From positions 879,017-943,016 of the forward strand of contig NEEC01000023.1 of the NCBI GenBank assembly GCA_002189035.1: a stretch of 64,000 nucleotides of DNA. The letters run 5' to 3'. This document shows positions 25,043 to 38,965 of the stretch, piece after piece (the first letter of the stretch is position 1; the number at the start of each line of letters is the position of its first letter). The position numbers were made by a program, and so were the translations under genes. The notes beneath the pieces are model-generated. The model did no database searches. It had not been told where the DNA came from and saw nothing but the letters and a program-made list of their open reading frames with translations. The stretch is from Utricularia gibba. Its lineage: Eukaryota > Plantae > Magnoliophyta.

Positions 25043-26223
25043 CTAGTTCGTCAGCTTAGACAACAGCGCACCAGCTCTCGAGTCGTGGCGCTGGGATAGA
25101 AGAGGCTGCTGCTGCTGCTGGTTATGGCTCTCAAAGTACAGTGAGGGGGACTGCGAGGAAGCCATGAATCTGTTGTCCAAATTACCATACGGCACTTGGC
25201 CAGCTGCAGCCTTTAGTCGTTGTACTTCGCTCCTCAGTGCTTCATTCAGAGCTAAAACTCACACGGGAAATTAAAGTCAATGTCAAAAACTACTCTGTTT
25301 CAGTAATGTAACATATCACAAGGTTTTGCAAATACCATCCCTGAGGTGCGCTTGCTGCTCAAGAGCCTGTAACTTGAGTTTGAGCTCCTTGTTCTCTGCT
25401 GTCAGTCCATTAGTATCCCGCTGAAGCAGCAATAAAGACGCACCGATGATAACTAGCTTTCTTACAATCAGCCAAAGAGTAAACAAATCACTGAACCAAG
25501 GAAGCGAACGACTAAAACTGAAAGGTATATCAAACTGGAACTGGAATCAAGGATAGCAGCAGAAAAGGCCTAATTTTTTTGGGGGTGTTCACTGGTGGTA
25601 AGTTAGTAAAGAACACCTGCAAGAGAGTGATCTGAGCCGTCAATCTGGTAGCTTCAGCCTGAAGAGTGTGCACTTTCCTCTCCAGCTCACCAGTGTAACG
25701 AAGTTTCCGCTCTTTTGATCGCGCAGCAGATTGCCTATTTGCAAGAATTCTGGCGAATAGAGGAATAATGAAAGAATTGCGATTTCCTTTCAAGGAGCAG
25801 CAGTAAGGTGCTGGGGTGCATCAAAACCTACCGTTTGGCTTTCTTGGGATCGACTAAGGCGAGTTCAGCCAATCTGTCGGCTGGCATGGCCTTGTTACTC
25901 AGAGAATCCCCTTCAAAAAAGGTATATCCGTCCATGGAATTGGTATGCCTGTGCCTGGGCCGTGCAGGAGCGTCGGCGGCGGTGTCCCGAGACGGTGTTC
26001 CGAGCGTCGGTGGAGGCGGCCAATCAATGACCGGGAGATCATCGAGAAGCAAGTCGTCAAGGCGGTCAGGGAAGCGAAAGGAAGACTCGGAATGGGCTCG
26101 GCGGTGTTGCGAGCGGCGCGTGGGAGAATGATGGGGCATCTGCTCTTGCTCCTGCTCCTGCTCCTGCTCCAGATCCAGCACCAGCTCCAACTCCAACTCC
26201 AACTCTGCCATTAAAGATTGCAT
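25043..26223 (-). CDS. VIP1: Group I bZIP transcription factor, VIP1/RSG-like, 4 exons
   Basis: [32 protein letters not shown]|[38 protein letters not shown]|ALNEALR; TAG at 25043-25045. The start could be 26223 or 26211. Confidence 0.85.
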
Positions 26224-26854
26224 TTTTGGTGGGATGGGATGGTGTTTCAGCTTTGAAGCGAGGAGTGGAATGATTAAGCGATGAGTTGGTGTGGCATGTC
26301 TTGCAGCCCGCAGTGCAGGGCAGGGCAAGTACTGGACTCCACGTATGAGGAATAATAATGATTACCATCAAGATGGAAAGCTATGGAAAGAAAAGAAAGG
26401 ATCTCCTCCCCTGGGCGGAGGCCTATCTTTCTGCTTGTGACTCACTCCCCTCCCGGTCAACCAAACCAAAATCTTCTCCCCTTCCATCACCGATGGGCTA
26501 GGAAGGACGGCCGGCCGGCACCGCCCCCACCTCCGACGGGGTAGGCCCCTGCCCCTTGACTAACCAGTCTTCCTGTGCGTATTTATTATTATTTTATGCC
26601 ATGGACCAACAATGAATCTAATTCTTGATTTCCTTCAAATGTTAAAAACATTTGCATTTCATTTCGGAAACATTTCACCTTTATTTAGGGGAGAATCTAC
26701 CCCTCTTCCTCACTCTCTCGAGAACATTCGGCGCGTTGTCCGCCGCACGCCGCTGCTGCCTCACTAACTTTTTCTCATCCAGCAGTTGCGAGCTGGAGTC
26801 TGAGTCTTGGTCATTAAGATCTCGCGATTGCTGGCGGTTTGGTTGCTGCTTCAA

Positions 26855-27007
26855 GTAATTTCGTTTTCTTCCTTTTGTGTTACTGGGAGTATGAACAGAT
26901 TCGTGTGGGTTGTAGTCTAGAGCAAAACTTGAATCTCCATCTCTTATTCTCTTCCTGAAACAGGCGTATTCACTTTTTTTTGTGGAATTAATTTCTTACC
27001 TCTACAG
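26855..27007 (+). other. 5'-leader intron of the actin gene
   Basis: Donor CAA|GTAATT at 26855 and acceptor TCTACAG at 27001-27007, 13 nt before the ATG. A leader intron is typical of plant actin genes. Confidence 0.65.
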
Positions 27008-27020
27008 AATCTGAATCGAG

Positions 27021-28524
<1,504 letters not shown>

Positions 28525-28879
28525 AAAGGGTATCGTCATGTCCAACTGTTTGTTGTGAATCTGGCGCACTGCAATTGATTGGCTGACCTATTAGTATTTT
28601 ATTTTTTTCAGGCGTATTGTTGCTGGATAGCCGGAGCGCGTGTTGATGCATCATCATTGTGTAATATGAGTTGGCTTGCTGCGTATTCGCACGATGAGGA
28701 AAGTGCCTTCAGTTTCATTCTCTGTCTGAGGTGTGATGGATGGCGCGGTGCTTTTCTGTGCTTTGAAAACTTAAATATTGGTGTAGCGTCTTTGTCACTA
28801 CTCATTCAATCTGTTTGTTGATGCTGCTGCTCTGTTGGTCTACTCGGCCCAGGGAGTTAATTAAAATGTGTAGTAAGTA

Positions 28880-28880
<1 letters not shown>

Positions 28881-28928
<48 letters not shown>
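28881..28928 (+). repeat. (GAGACC)8 hexanucleotide microsatellite
   Basis: Eight perfect copies followed by degenerate TAGACC/TAGCCG. Confidence 0.97.
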
Positions 28929-29504
28929 TAGACCTAGCCGTGCATCTGGAAACTGAACCACAGCCCACAGAAACGAGACGCCAGTCAGTAAATTACCTCG
29001 TCCGTAGGGTTCGGCGGCTAATCCTGGAAATCCTAGTATGTATCAAATTAGCTTTGGTCGATGCATAGGCGGCTGGGAATGATGCTCGTTTTCCAATCAA
29101 ATGGTGCCTGCAGTTTGGAGCCAGGGGATTCAAGGTGGAGGTGGACCTCCAAGTCCAAGTGGGGGACATTTAATGGAGACAGGGCGGCGATGGAGGGGAG
29201 GGGAGGGCAGCCACAGCCAATTATTTGTATTTAGATGGGGATGGGGGTTATGACAAGCAACCTGAAAGCCAAAACCCCAGCGATGAAACGAAACCAACGT
29301 CTTTGTTTGGTTGTGTGTGGTTTACTTTTCCCTGTCTCATTCCTTCCCAACTCATGTTTCCCAGTACGCATTTCGATGTCGTGTCTACAACACCCCCCAT
29401 TTGCTTCTGCTTATCCTTTCTTTTTCGAGTGCATAACACAAGGAGCTTCCTCGTAATTCTAAGGACTAAACTTGTCCTCAAAACCAGCTTATCTTTTCTT
29501 TGTA

Positions 29505-32235
29505 ATGGCCGGGGATGGAGAGCAGCAGTCTTTCGAGTGTTTCTTTGAGAGCTCTGACGAGGATGACGTCAACAACTCTAAGACGTTTGAGGGCTTTGGC
29601 GCTGGAACTGCAACTCGAAGCATTGATGAAGACCATGCTACTGCTGCTGCTGCTGAAGATGATAATGATAGGGGGAGGAAGAGGAAGAGGAGGAGGAGGA
29701 GGAACACGATAAACCACCCTCATTCACTTCACGCCAATGGCCTCAAAGTTACAAGCACGTCCCCTGCCCACACTTTTCACTTCGCTTTCTAAATCTAAGC
29801 GAACAATTGTTTTTTTTTTTATTATTTTGACCTCCGCGTTGTAATCTTGAAACAGGGAGACTACGGATTCATACACAATTTCAGTATCCCCAGCCTTTGG
29901 GATCTTGAGACATCGTCTTAGCTATGGATACTCTTTTTCTGAAATTGCCAAAGATGATACTGATCCAAAAGCAAGCTTTCTCTCAAAACAAAGTTATGAT
30001 GTCGAAAAGAACGCTTCCACCAGTATCTTGCTATCCTGGTCCGAAAAAGCTTCAATGCATGAACAGCTACTTGGTGCTCCTGAACCTCCAATTGCTCGTG
30101 GATGTAGCTTTTTCCAGACAGTATTCAATGGTACGTATGTCGTCCTTCAAAAAATAGAATTATTACTAACATTCATTCGTGGATGTAGCTTCTTCAACTA
30201 GTATCTTTGAAGTTGGAAAATGATGAATTTTTTTGCAGCTGTGAATGTTATGGCTGGTGTTGGGTTGCTTTCTACGCCAGTTACAATAAAAGAAGCAGGC
30301 TGGTGTAGCTTGGCAATTTTATTACTCTTTGCAGTCATCTGTTTTTACACTGGTTTCCTCATGAAACAATGCTTTGAGAGCAGGGAAGGCATCATTACCT
30401 ATCCTGATATTGGGGAAGCCGCCTTTGGGAAGTATGGACGACTTTTAATATCGGTAATATGCATTCCTCGCATGCCTCACAAGTTTTCCCTTTTGTATCT
30501 CTACTATTATTTATGGTAAAGATGTAAGCTAAATGAGTTGACCAATAGTCTCTGGATGTTTTTGCAGATTATTCTTTATGCTGAATTATATGTAAGTCGA
30601 TCAACTGCCCTGTGTCCAAATTCATCAGTAACTTCAAAAATTGTGCTCCTAATGTTGTTCTTTCTAGTGCAGTCCTATTGTGTGGAGTTCATAATCTTGG
30701 AAGGAGATAATCTTACATCGTTATTCCCCATTCAGGGGTTTGGTTGGGCAGGACTTAAGCTTGATTCCGTCCATTTTTATAGTATTATTACTGCAATTGT
30801 AGTCCTCCCAACCGTTCTACTGAGGGATCTTCGGGTTATATCTTATCTTTCAGGTGCTAAAATTGTGTCTTCGTTAACTTCCGTTTCATTGTCAGATTGC
30901 CTGATTTTTTTTTCTTTTTTATCTCATGTTCTGTTTTCCAGCCGGTGGAGTTGTTGCAACTCTAGTTATTATTGTTTGCTTAGTGTTACTGTCGACAGTA
31001 GATGGTGTTGGTTTGAATCAGGCTGGACAGCTTGTCAGATGGAACGGTATTCCATTCGCTATTGGTGTATATGGATTCTGTTTTTCGGGACATGCTGTAT
31101 TTCCGAACATTTATCAGTCAATGGCTGATAAAACACAGTTCACCAAAGCACTGTTCTTGTGGTAATATGGTCTTTTGTCCTGAGCTGTGTATCATCACCA
31201 AACGAAAATTTCCTCGTTTCATCTGATTATTCTGATTTTTCAATGCAGCTTCATTTTGTGCTTTCTTATGTATGGAGGCGTTGCAGTAATTGGGTTTCTC
31301 ATGTTTGGACAAAACACTCTGTCTCAGATCACTCTCAACATGCCAGCCAATTCTGTTGTTTCTAAAGTAGCAGTGTGGACAACCGTAATATGCAGTACTT
31401 GTTCTGTTTCTCTGTAATTTCTTCATTGGTCAATCCAGATGCAAATGCTTTCTTTTTTGTTCATGCAGGTCATTAATCCGTTCACCAAATATCCTTTTGA
31501 TTCCAACATTTTGAGCTTTTCTTGATTCCTTTTTTTTTTTATCCCTTTGCTTCCTTAATTCTACGCACATATGCTTTACTCATGAACCCACTAGCAAGGA
31601 GCATAGAGGAGCTCGTGCCCCCACGATTTCCTCTAGTTTCTGGTTTTATTTACTTCTGAGATTGATGCTTGTGGCCTCTACCGTCTGCATTGCATTTGTT
31701 TTACCTTTCTTTGGTACTTATATTTCAGAAGTTTCTTCGTCTAAATCATTGAAATTATGCTTAGTTTCATGATGATGAGTTGAACGTGGCATAACAAGCA
31801 TTTTTGTATGTGCTTTCTCTTGTTGTCAGGTCTTGTGATGGCTTTGATTGGCTCGTTTCTCAGTATACTTGTGGTAATCCCATTTATAAAAACTCAGGCT
31901 TATGAAATTTCATGTGAAGTTCATGAAATGAGCTTCCTTGATGCATCAGCATGTGTGGCGCATCTGGAGTATCATCTGCTGATGGGATTTCAAAAACACT
32001 GTTTGTCTTTTCAGGCAGTTATAATGCCAGCATTGTGTTTCTTGAAGATCGCGGGAAAGAAAGCGATGAGAAGTCAGGTACCATTTTTTTCATATCTCCA
32101 TAATTAAGAGAACATATACTAATGAGCTTCCTGATCATCCAGGTAATCATTAGCAACACAATAGTCGCGGTGGGAATTGTGAGTGCGGGTTTCGGGACGT
32201 ATTCATCTCTGTCAAAACTTGCTAATGAGCAGTGA
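29505..32235 (+). CDS. AVT1A: Vacuolar amino-acid transporter AVT1A-like, multi-exon, two apparent 1-nt frameshifts
   Basis: [12 protein letters not shown]|[72 protein letters not shown]. Frames are repaired by +1 in G5 at 29671-29675 and +1 in C5 at 31618-31622. GC-AG intron 29755-29855; AT-AC intron 31489-31568. Confidence 0.92.
31489..31568 (+). other. U12-type (minor spliceosome) AT-AC intron in AVT1A
   Basis: 5' ATATCCTTT, branch site TTCCTTAAT at 31551-31559, terminal AC at 31567-31568. Removal gives the conserved PFTK-YALLMNP. Confidence 0.92.
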
Positions 32236-33000
32236 AGACCCCCACTCTGGGAGGGAGCAAGCAACACATGGTCCGCTGCCGCCATGATGAGTTTCTTTGA
32301 TTTGCATTGCTTGTTTATTCATCACCTATCAGTCAGTCAACTAGGGTGTCCTGCTTTCCCGATCGACTTCCTATAGACACTCGGACAGAGATCGCCTCTT
32401 TCATCATCTGTGATCAATTTCTTTGGTTTCTGGTTTGATGGCTTCTCCCTTCATTTCAATAAAGATGATTCATGCACGTGGAGGAGATCCATCACTGTGA
32501 TGGACCTTTTTTTTGTTGTTAAAAACAGTGGCATAAACACAGAAATCGAATTTTCTAGGCTCTTGTTAACCGGCTTATTCCAACTCTACTGTTATATTCT
32601 TGCTTTCGTTAAATTCTCAAAACTATGCCCGCGATTGCTGTAAGCCATGGCTTCCCTTGTCTGCCACCGGCTGGGGCTCCTCCCAATGCTCAGTTGGTCC
32701 GGAAGGCAAATCTGAGTCTGCTGGACTGGTCTACACAAGTGAAATGCAACTGGAAAGAGTTGCTTTTGATAAGAGCCACTACAAATGCAAATGGATGACC
32801 GATTATGGTTTTCTTATTTGCTGAACTTGTGCAAAAAATGGTCACGGCATTCTCACCCACACATAATGCTTGCTCTGATTTGCTTCAAGTAGACCACTGA
32901 TTTGCTTACTTTCCAGATGATACTTCGCTGTCTTTCCGAGGTCACATCAATAATTTCAATCCCAGTTGCTGAGTTTGTTTGAATCACAGGCCGAGACTTT

Positions 33001-34401
33001 CTACAAATTATCATGTTCTATAACTTGGGCTCCTCTCCATTCTTCACCAGGATTCACAGATTTTGGTACGAGCAACGCTGCAGGGCCTGCGCATATGAAA
33101 TAGTCCTTGCCATACTGCTCTGCGTATGATCCTGGGGCTGACAAGAACATCTCCTCAAACCCCATTCTTATGACACGGAAGAAAAGTTCACGTCCCTGAA
33201 CAAATGATGGATCATCAACACGAAGCAACATTGAAGCAGCTAGACACAGGGATGTTCATTAGTCATTTATACCTGATCCAACGTTTCAAACTTGGACGGT
33301 GTTGTCCTATGATACTCCTTTGATCTCTCTTCCGGTGGTGCAGCATAAAGTCTACTGAGTTTATGCCTCAAAACGGTGATAGGAGCATCTTGTACACTCC
33401 ACTCACCTGGCTTTTTTTCAGGCTCCCAACCAAAAGAGAAGAGGCCCGGATCCTCAGATTTCATGGCTTCTGATGGAGATAGAAATTCAAAAGAGGAAGA
33501 GGGAGGAGGATGCACACAATAGGAGCATCCATTGAATCCTTGAATTCCAGCACCGCTTCTTTTCTTGAACTTGAAATGACTAAGTATGGCGCTGGTTATA
33601 TTTACGGGCTTGCTTCCATTGTTCTTCACGACGACCGCTGTGGCCATACACAAGGGATATAGTGAGACGACATAAGTTAGCTCCAAATCCCCTTCGGTGC
33701 AACCCATCTCAACCTAAAGAAACAGTATCATGGTAGCTATTTCACACAAAATTCAGGGGAAACATATAAGCAGCTACAACATACATGCAAGTCATACAAA
33801 AAGAATGACACCATCTGAAGTGCCTTTATTAAATAAAGGAAGGATGCACATGCATCAGTTGCTTACAGACAAACCACAGTAAAGTAAGATCAACAGCATC
33901 CTAGCAAGGTCATCCCATCATAGGGTGTATAGAGTGTAGACAGTGTTTACCCTAAAGCTATCCTTGTCGCAGAGAATCTACCTGAAGCGCATCGATCGAA
34001 TCAGAATCAGTGTCCCTCACACTCCAGTTCCTCTGACTAGAAGCCTTGTTCTTGGAGAGAGCCCTTGGTTCCGGAATTTCATCTAGTACCAAGCCAATAC
34101 CTCCTCTGGAACCAAGACAATGAAGAACCTCCTCGAACCCATCATCCCTCCAGTACACCTTGGGCTTGTAAGACGTGACACGGCCGGTGGGTATATGGAG
34201 CTTTAGTGAACTTCCATTTCTGACGGTCAGTTCAACCGTCGCGGAATCGCTGAATTTAATGCCTTTCCGCCCGAACTGCTGCTCTAGAGTGGTGTGATCT
34301 GGAGAAGTGACGGCGGGGATGGTTGGGATTGAAGCAGAAGAAGAAGAAGAAACTCTGGGTGCCGAAGCTTTCAGGATAGAGAAGGAGAGGACAGAAGCCA
34401 T
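33001..34401 (-). CDS. PNSB2: Photosynthetic NDH subcomplex B subunit 2 (PNSB2/NDF2), 3 exons
   Basis: Transit peptide, [56 protein letters not shown]|[22 protein letters not shown]. All exons in frame. Confidence 0.93.
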
Positions 34402-34760
34402 TGATCTCGGATTCCGGGTGCGGAAGCCTTCAGGATATATATTTAACGGCCGTATCCTTGCTGCAAATTTCGTTACCATCTTTTTACAAAAATAAATAAA
34501 TCCTGGAATCGGAGAAAAACGTATTTTATTTAATTTTTTACTGCTTTGAGAGGCACCCCACCCCGCACCTCATCAATCATACTTTCGCATTCAAGTCGAG
34601 TGATGAATATGCATCGGCTACCATAAAACCAAACAGTTGCACACTGTCTGAGACACGCTGGCTTCCTCCATCATTCGATACCACATGTTTTAGGGCCTTC
34701 AGGATCACAGTTTCATAAACAAACCGTGACACAAAAATCATGCTTCAGAATGCACCGAGC

Positions 34761-36145
34761 TTAGGAACTCATGACAGAGCCGGAATTCCTGCGACACTCG
34801 GCCAACATATCCATGTAGAACTGACACCTGCTGATTTCGTTGCCATAGCTGTTCAAGCACTGCAAAGAAATCGCAATAGTGTCAACTTATCATTGAGTAA
34901 TGCTTAATCAACCGCAGCGACACTTAATTTCCTATTAATCTCCACTGCAACAGCCATATCTGACTCTACTGCTGTCCTGCCGCTAGGGGGTCAGCTTCAA
35001 CCATCAAAAGTGATAAAATTGTCGTACAAAAAGGTCATAGAGAGCTTACGTCCTGAAAAGCCTTTGAATGCACCATGCAGGCATCACTTCCCATGCTTCC
35101 AGCACCTGGTGACTGAACTCCAGTGGCTTCAGACACCACTGTCTCGTGTTGAATGGTTCGAGGGCCCATAACCGCATCCACTGCCCGGTGCGCAACAGCA
35201 CTACCAGTGCCAAAAGCCATCCCTAAAGAATGCATAGAGGTCCAGCAGTTAGAATGCATAACATAACCCAACTCTGATCACAATTACTTGTAACATAAAA
35301 TCCATCGTGTAGTTTCCAGATATAACATCCGATCTAAACTTCACATACCTTGAGCTATGGTTGCACGGATTCCTCCAAGCAATGACCCACCAGAACCACT
35401 TTGAACGGGAGCTGGCGGAGGAGCATGATTCACTACACGCATGAAAAGATAGGACGTGAGAAGGAATGAAGCATCTTCATACTGATCGGTTAGAAATGTG
35501 ACAAAAGATGCAAAGTCTGCCGCTATTCCACCCTGTAAATATCAAGGCAGTGTTAAACAAATGAAAAATCTGAACCTGGATGAGGTGGCGGGCTACGGAC
35601 AGCAGCAGGACGAGGGGCATGGCTCGCAGACCTTCCTAAACTCCAATCCAACACAATTTTCATAAATTAATAAAGGACAGCAATCGTATCCAAGGTGCTC
35701 ACAAAACTAGCAAAAGCCAGGTTTTCCATACATTTTCGCTTTCTGTGCAAATGAATGCTTTTTTTTTTTTTTTCTATCTCCTTGATAAACCTTAGCTTCC
35801 GAGGCATTTGAGCTTTGAGAAGGATTTTAAGTTATAGCCGAGCCAAGAAAAAAAAAAGTGCATAAACCCAGTTCCAAGGAAACATTTATGAAGGCCTCAT
35901 CAAATCAATTTCACAAAACCATATGCACATATTGGTTGCGAATTCGAGAAAATTATTCACTAATCGTGACCCCGTTTAAGAAAAAACGAATCCAAAAACA
36001 TCATCGTGCAAAAGTTTTCCCTTTTTTTCGCTGCAATACTTCAGAGGGAAATTCGAATTGCATTTCTCAGCCGCCTGATAGAAACACCACAAATTCAATG
36101 AACGCGGGGACGGAGCAACTCACCACCAGAGCTACGGCGAGGCAT
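34761..36145 (-). CDS. Mitochondrial twin-CX9C protein, CHCHD2/CHCHD10 (MIC17)-like, 5 exons
   Basis: 22-nt exon 1 at 36124-36145 (MPRRSSG G|), GMAFGTGSAVAHRAVDAVMGPRTIQHE, C-MVHSKAFQD-C and C-QFYMDMLAE-C motifs; TAA at 34761-34763. Confidence 0.88.
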
Positions 36146-36312
36146 TGTTGGGTTAGAGAATCGGCACACAGCAACAAATGAACCGGTGAGGAGGATCTAC
36201 GGGATCCGTGGCTGCTTTTGAAATCGTCAATGGGAAGCAGAAGCCCCAACCATCAGGGGACACGATTGGACCGGGCCTCTGTTGTATGTTAATTTTAGGA
36301 AAAAGGTGAGCA

Positions 36313-36340
36313 GGCCCATGTGGCGCTACATGTTGGCCCA
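36313..36340. promoter_or_regulatory. Two site II (TGGGCY) motifs upstream of the CHCH gene
   Basis: GGCCCA at 36313-36318 and 36335-36340, about 170-195 bp upstream of the ATG. Site II elements are common in promoters of nuclear genes for mitochondrial proteins. Confidence 0.5.
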
Positions 36341-36569
36341 GTAAGGATTGGAGCTTCGTAATCGAATTACAACGCGAGGCTGCGATGGCATCGATCAATC
36401 AATCAGTTCAAAAAGGGATACAACAGAGCAAAATCTACTGCATTAACTACAACTAGATCTTCCAACCCAAGCTTGCTTGCGCCTATGACGAAGGAGACTC
36501 ATTGGCCCTCTCGGGTCGGGTCTCCATGAATCTGAATTCATTGCTTCACCTGCTGTGGCCGGCCACGAT

Positions 36570-38839
36570 TCAGAGCCCCAGTAGGATGTAATACACTAGG
36601 GTGATTGGGAGGGCTATCAACATTCCAAATATCACCCTGGGACACAAGGCAAGGCAATGCAATGCAATACAAAGCTCACTTTTGTGTACTCTAGTGCAAA
36701 CAAGTGTAAATGCTCATGGAAAAAAGGTGTACCCACCCAGTGCTAAGGATCTTGGGATGCACATTGTACTCCTTGGCAAACACGAAAGGGACTATTCCTT
36801 GCGGAAGAGCAGCCTGGAATTGGAACATTTTTCATTCACCACAAAAAAACATAAAACCAATGCTGCATGTTGGCTCACCTGCACAATCGCCACACGTAGG
36901 AGCACGCCCCTTAGTCCTACCGCAACGGAAGCTGCAGCCATGACTGCCGGTCCAGTAAGAAAGCGAACCGCCATGGAAAAGGCCGCCACGGAGTTACCAC
37001 AGGCAATGATTTTAGGCTGCAGCGCCATGAACAGTCCTGTAGCTCGGTGGGCACATCAAACCAACAAATTAATCGCTGTCGCATGAAAAAGCATGATTTC
37101 CAAACAGCAACAGAGATTTGTTTACACAAACTAACTGATTCTTCTTACCAAGACTAAACATAGCCATTCCTAGACCAGCGTCTGACAGGATGGAAATAGA
37201 TTTTGCAACTATGGCCGGCATCTCAAGATGCCACCTACAATGGAAGAGTAACCTCACAGAAATCAATCCCACCACATCAGGTATGCAAGATCACACAAGC
37301 ACGTTCATTACCTGAATGAGACCAAGGACCAAGTGAGGCCAATGAGGCTGGAGTATGTGTTGGGATTTCTGATCAGCTTCCGCCACACCATGATCAGAAT
37401 CAGTCTCGTCATCACACTTGTGGGTGGCATGGCCGCCGGTTTCGTGTCGTCGTTTCCACTTTTTGTCCGGAGCTCAGCCTTGGAGCTTGATCCCAGCTTC
37501 AGTGGATCAGCACCTTGTTTGTTCCCGAAGCTGAAGTCATCTCGCCCAAACTCATCGTATTCTGCAAGCACGGAATAAAGGGTTCAAATAACTTGTATCC
37601 AGAAAAGAACCCTTACAATTTGCTTTAGCTCGCAACTTAAAACAATATGGGAACAAGGAATTCCCCATCGGTTAGTCCTATGCGCGACGACAACTACACT
37701 GCACTTGTGTGAATCCTAGAAAAAAAATGTTTTTTTTGAATACCTTTAGGATGAGGTCCCACGTTAAGCTCATTCCCATATTCACCTCCTCGGAAGACAT
37801 GAATCCCTCGTTCGGAAACTGGAGAAGCACTCGAACTCCAGACAAACATGTGAAGATCCTTGCTGCTTTCGTGACCGTTCGCCTTCTTTTTCGCAGCAGG
37901 AGAGAATATTCCGGTGGTTGCAGGAGGAGCATATCCACCTCCTGCGTTAGTGTTAACTCGTGATTGGTTCTCCTCATCTAATCCAGGGTTCGCATAACTC
38001 GATTGCCTTGGACTGTGACTGATAGCGTTTTTCCCGTTCACCATCGTATAGAAATCAGCGTGGTTGAAACTGGAGCCTCTTGGGGTAGGATTTCTCGACG
38101 ATTGAAGTGAGTAAATCTCGGCATTGGTTAAGTTAGACGGACGAGGAGTCAAGGAGAGTCCCGACTTCGGACCATGCGATCCTCTTGAGAAGATTTCAGA
38201 TCTCGAGCTGGCTGATTTTCGAACAGTCACGTGAATCTTGCCGTCTTCACCAACCTCCGTCTCCGTCTGGAGAGGATCTCTCCCGTCCAACGAAATAATG
38301 TCTGAATCAACCCTGAAAGAAATGATGTCGCCCGCAGTATCTGGGAACTGTTCAGCAATAAGCATCCTCGCTCCTCTGAACTCAAACAAGAACAGCATCA
38401 ATGTGTACCAAATGATGCACTGGAGAACAACGATCTGGACCATTAAACTCCCGGAGAAGTCGCCGTACATCCCTTTCAAGAGAGGAATGCCCATGACAAG
38501 TGTATTCGGTAGTGTGGACAAGGAAAAGAGAGTAATGGACCATTCAAGGGAACCTCTGGAGCTCAGCCTGGACCAGACTGCGAGAACTGCAAGAACTATG
38601 AGTTTCTGCAAAGTGTCAGCGGCTATGAAACGGTAGTTCATGGCATAGGGATTGTTGGTGGAGATGAAATGGAAAGAGAGCAATGGAACGGCAAAAAGGG
38701 CGACAAATCTGTTGATGCCGGAGCATTGGTCCGGGGTGAAGATCTTCCACCACTTCACCGAGCCATAAGCCAAAATCATGGCCACGTAGAGAGGAACCAC
38801 CGCGGTCAGGACATGATAGAGGTCTGTGAGGGAGATCAT
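36570..38839 (-). CDS. PIN1: Auxin efflux carrier, long PIN (PIN1 / likely SoPIN1 clade), 6 exons
   Basis: [41 protein letters not shown] and TPRGSSFN phosphosites, [44 protein letters not shown]. The [17 protein letters not shown] loop resembles SoPIN1-type proteins (inference). Confidence 0.95.
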
Positions 38840-38965
38840 TTTCTTCTCAAGAAACGCAGATTTTTAACAAGGAGATGGGACTGCAAGACTGCAACTATGA
38901 ATACCCCCCAGTTGCTGTTATGTCATCCAGAGAGGAGATTGAAAAAAAGAAAAAAAAAAGATCAA

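Noticed and set aside
28881-28928. Regular repeat as a possible CRISPR-like or engineered array (GAGACC is a BsaI site)
   Set aside because: No spacers and it decays into degenerate units; an ordinary microsatellite in a eukaryotic genome.
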